Positions 61,807 to 64,000 of a stretch of 64,000 nucleotides of DNA are shown here, one piece after another. The stretch is from Camelus dromedarius (Eukaryota), in assembly GCF_036321535.1 (NCBI RefSeq), contig NC_087437.1, forward strand, positions 64,048,001 to 64,112,000, in the 5' to 3' direction. The notes under the pieces are model-generated. The model ran no database searches and had not been told where the DNA came from. It was given only the letters and a program-made list of their open reading frames with translations. Made by a program: the position numbers and the translations under genes. Every line of letters starts with the position of its first letter. Position 1 is the first letter of the stretch.

Positions 61807-62930
61807 CTAGGAGCAAAGGGGAAACGACCTGTCCACCCTCTACCCACAGTGCTCTCCCCTTGTCCACACGCTGCCTGCCTGGCTGTCCCACCAGAGACAG
61901 ATGATCCGGATGAAGCCTTGCAGATGGACACACAGCTCAGGGCAGTGGGGGAGCAAGGGAAGTGAAGCCAGCTGGGAATGATGCCTGAGCACTTTGGAAG
62001 AGGCAGGCATCTGGGCCCGAGGGCTGCCCCCCATACACGGGAGAATCATCCCAGAGCGAAACAAAAGTTCTGAGGGTTGTGACCAAGTTCAGTCAGGTGC
62101 TAGAGTGGGCCACTGCCTCCCAAGGACACACTAAGCCTTTTCTCTGCTCATGTCAAGCTAAGGTTGGACTCTTCTCCCCAGCTGTGGAATCAACACTCAG
62201 CCACTCCACAGCATCCTTGGACTTCTCAGATGCCTCAGTCTGTCCACCCAGGCTTCATGCGTGACATTCCCAGACCTCACAGCCTGGATGTGGCCAAGGA
62301 GGGTGTGTGGTTCTCATGATGATCCTCCTGCCTGACTCTCCTCCCTCCAAGCTCCGCTAGGCTTCCTGCTGGTGACCATCCCTTACAGCCTGATTTGACC
62401 ATCATCTCTGAAGTCTGGACATGTTCTGGTTGTAAGAGTCCACGTATCCAGCACCCCTGAATGGGAAAGGAGAACTTTGGTAGCTGTGTTACTGATGACA
62501 ACGTGAAGTACTAAGAACAACCAAGAACAGAGTCCCCTAGAACTCCTTTCCTGAAGCAGGAAATTTTTTCTGTAGGGCAAGATCAGGCGCTGGAAAGGGG
62601 ACTCTGAATCTGTTCTCACAAGAGAATACACAGTGGCCAGATAGGGGGAGGCTGTTCTTCCAAGCAGGGTGGCAACAGATGAGGGGGGAGAGGAGGTTCA
62701 AAAACAGCCAGGAGCAGTTACAGAAGCAGAGAGAAGAAACCAGGAAGCTGAACTCTGCTCAACAATATGGATGCATAGTTACAGAAAATGGAGAAGTTTC
62801 AATGCACAGTGAACTCAATTCAGAAGACTGCAGTCACCTGGGAATCACGTCACACATCCTTCCCTGAGGTTCCTTGTTTGGAAAAGGTGGGTGATGAGAC
62901 TATTACAGGGCTCTTAAGAGAACTGACTGA

Positions 62931-63475
62931 GTTCACAGCAGGATTATTTACAATAGCCAAGACATGGAAGCAACCTAAATGTCCATCAACAGGTGACTGG
63001 ACAAAGAAGTTGTGGTATATTTATACAATGGAATACTACTCAACTATAAAAAAGAATGAAATAATGCAATGTAGATGGACCTAGAGATTATCATACTAAA
63101 TGACGTAAGTTAGAGAAAGACAAATACCATATGATATCACTTATATGTGGAATCTAAAAAAAAAATGACACAAATGAACTTTATTTGTAAAACAGAAACA
63201 AGACCCACAGATATAGAAAACAAACTGCTGGTTACCAAAGCAGAAAGGAGAGGGGAAGGGATAAATTAGGAGTTTGGAATTAGCATATACTATATACAGA
63301 ACAGACAAACAGCAAGGTTCTACTGTATAGCACAGGGGACTATATTCAATAGTTTGTAATAAGCTATAATGTAAAAGAATATGAAAAAGAATATATATAT
63401 ATATATATATAACTGAACCACTATGCTGTACACCAGAAACTAATACAACATTATAAATCAACTATTAAAAAAAGA
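62931..63475 (+). mobile_element. 5'-truncated L1 3' end
   Basis: Translates FTAGLFTIAKTWKQPKCPSTGDWTKKLWYIYTMEYYS (L1 ORF2 C-terminus), then 3'UTR with (TA)n and A tail. Confidence 0.92.
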
Positions 63476-64000
63476 GAAGGAACTGAATGAGATGACCCAT
63501 GTCAAATTTTAGCATGAAACTGAGGCTCATATTCCTTATTTCCTCCCAAATCCTGGGTGATGGGAGCCACCTGTACCTCTGGTGGCTCCATCCCTAGAGG
63601 TATCCAAACACGTCTTCTCAAGTGTTTTAAGTGCCTAGCTCAGTGCCTGGCATATAGCAGGCACACAGCAAATGTCTGCTAAATTTTCTTTTTTTCTCCC
63701 AGCTCATTTTGGGATGCTACAAGGAATACAGGGAAAATAAGCCTTAGACAGAACTTACTAGAAGCCCTGGAACCCTCCAAAAGCCCTTCTGCTCATTTCC
63801 TCAGACTGATTCAGCAATTTCAGTAATAACTGTCTACTTTAAAGTTCTTTTTTTCTATATGTCTAATTGATCTCCCTAGTGTCAGTGCACATTCACAAGA
63901 TTAATCTCCCACATCCTTCTCTTTCATTACATCACTTCCCTGCACAGAACCTTTCAATTCCACTGAATGCAGGCTAAAGTCTCACTCCACACTCAAAGAC

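Noticed and set aside
61414..61965. 183-aa plus-strand ORF (likewise 32303..32899, 55415..55978, 40110..40490)
   Set aside because: Antisense or overlapping shadows of PDIA5 exons in GC-rich DNA with no recognisable protein
1..64000. CRISPR arrays, operons or other prokaryotic systems
   Set aside because: Spliceosomal gene and mammalian repeats throughout; no regularly spaced repeats

Overview
Mammalian genomic DNA, most likely a camelid, inferred from repeated tRNA-derived SINEs resembling vic-1. The minus strand carries the 3' part of PDIA5 (protein disulfide isomerase A5/PDIR). Nine GT-AG coding exons between 61806 and 25994 join into one open 951-nt frame (316 aa plus TAA) with WCGHC and WCPHC thioredoxin active sites and a C-terminal KEEL. 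Tandem poly(A) signals follow at 25855-25866; the 5' exons lie beyond the right edge. Positions 1 to ~23.4 kb are AT-rich downstream sequence full of L1, L2, L3, MIR, LTR and DNA-transposon remnants. Main leads: (i) an 86-nt hairpin ending exactly at the last 3' splice site of PDIA5, with 5'-tailed mirtron geometry at the position where I recall human MIR7110; it also masks the acceptor of the KEEL exon; (ii) a speculative chain of decayed minus-strand exon-like segments at 1.2-16.8 kb that could be a lost gene; (iii) nested and chimeric retrotransposon structures. No prokaryotic-type system is present. Repeat family names and human comparisons come from recall, not database searches.
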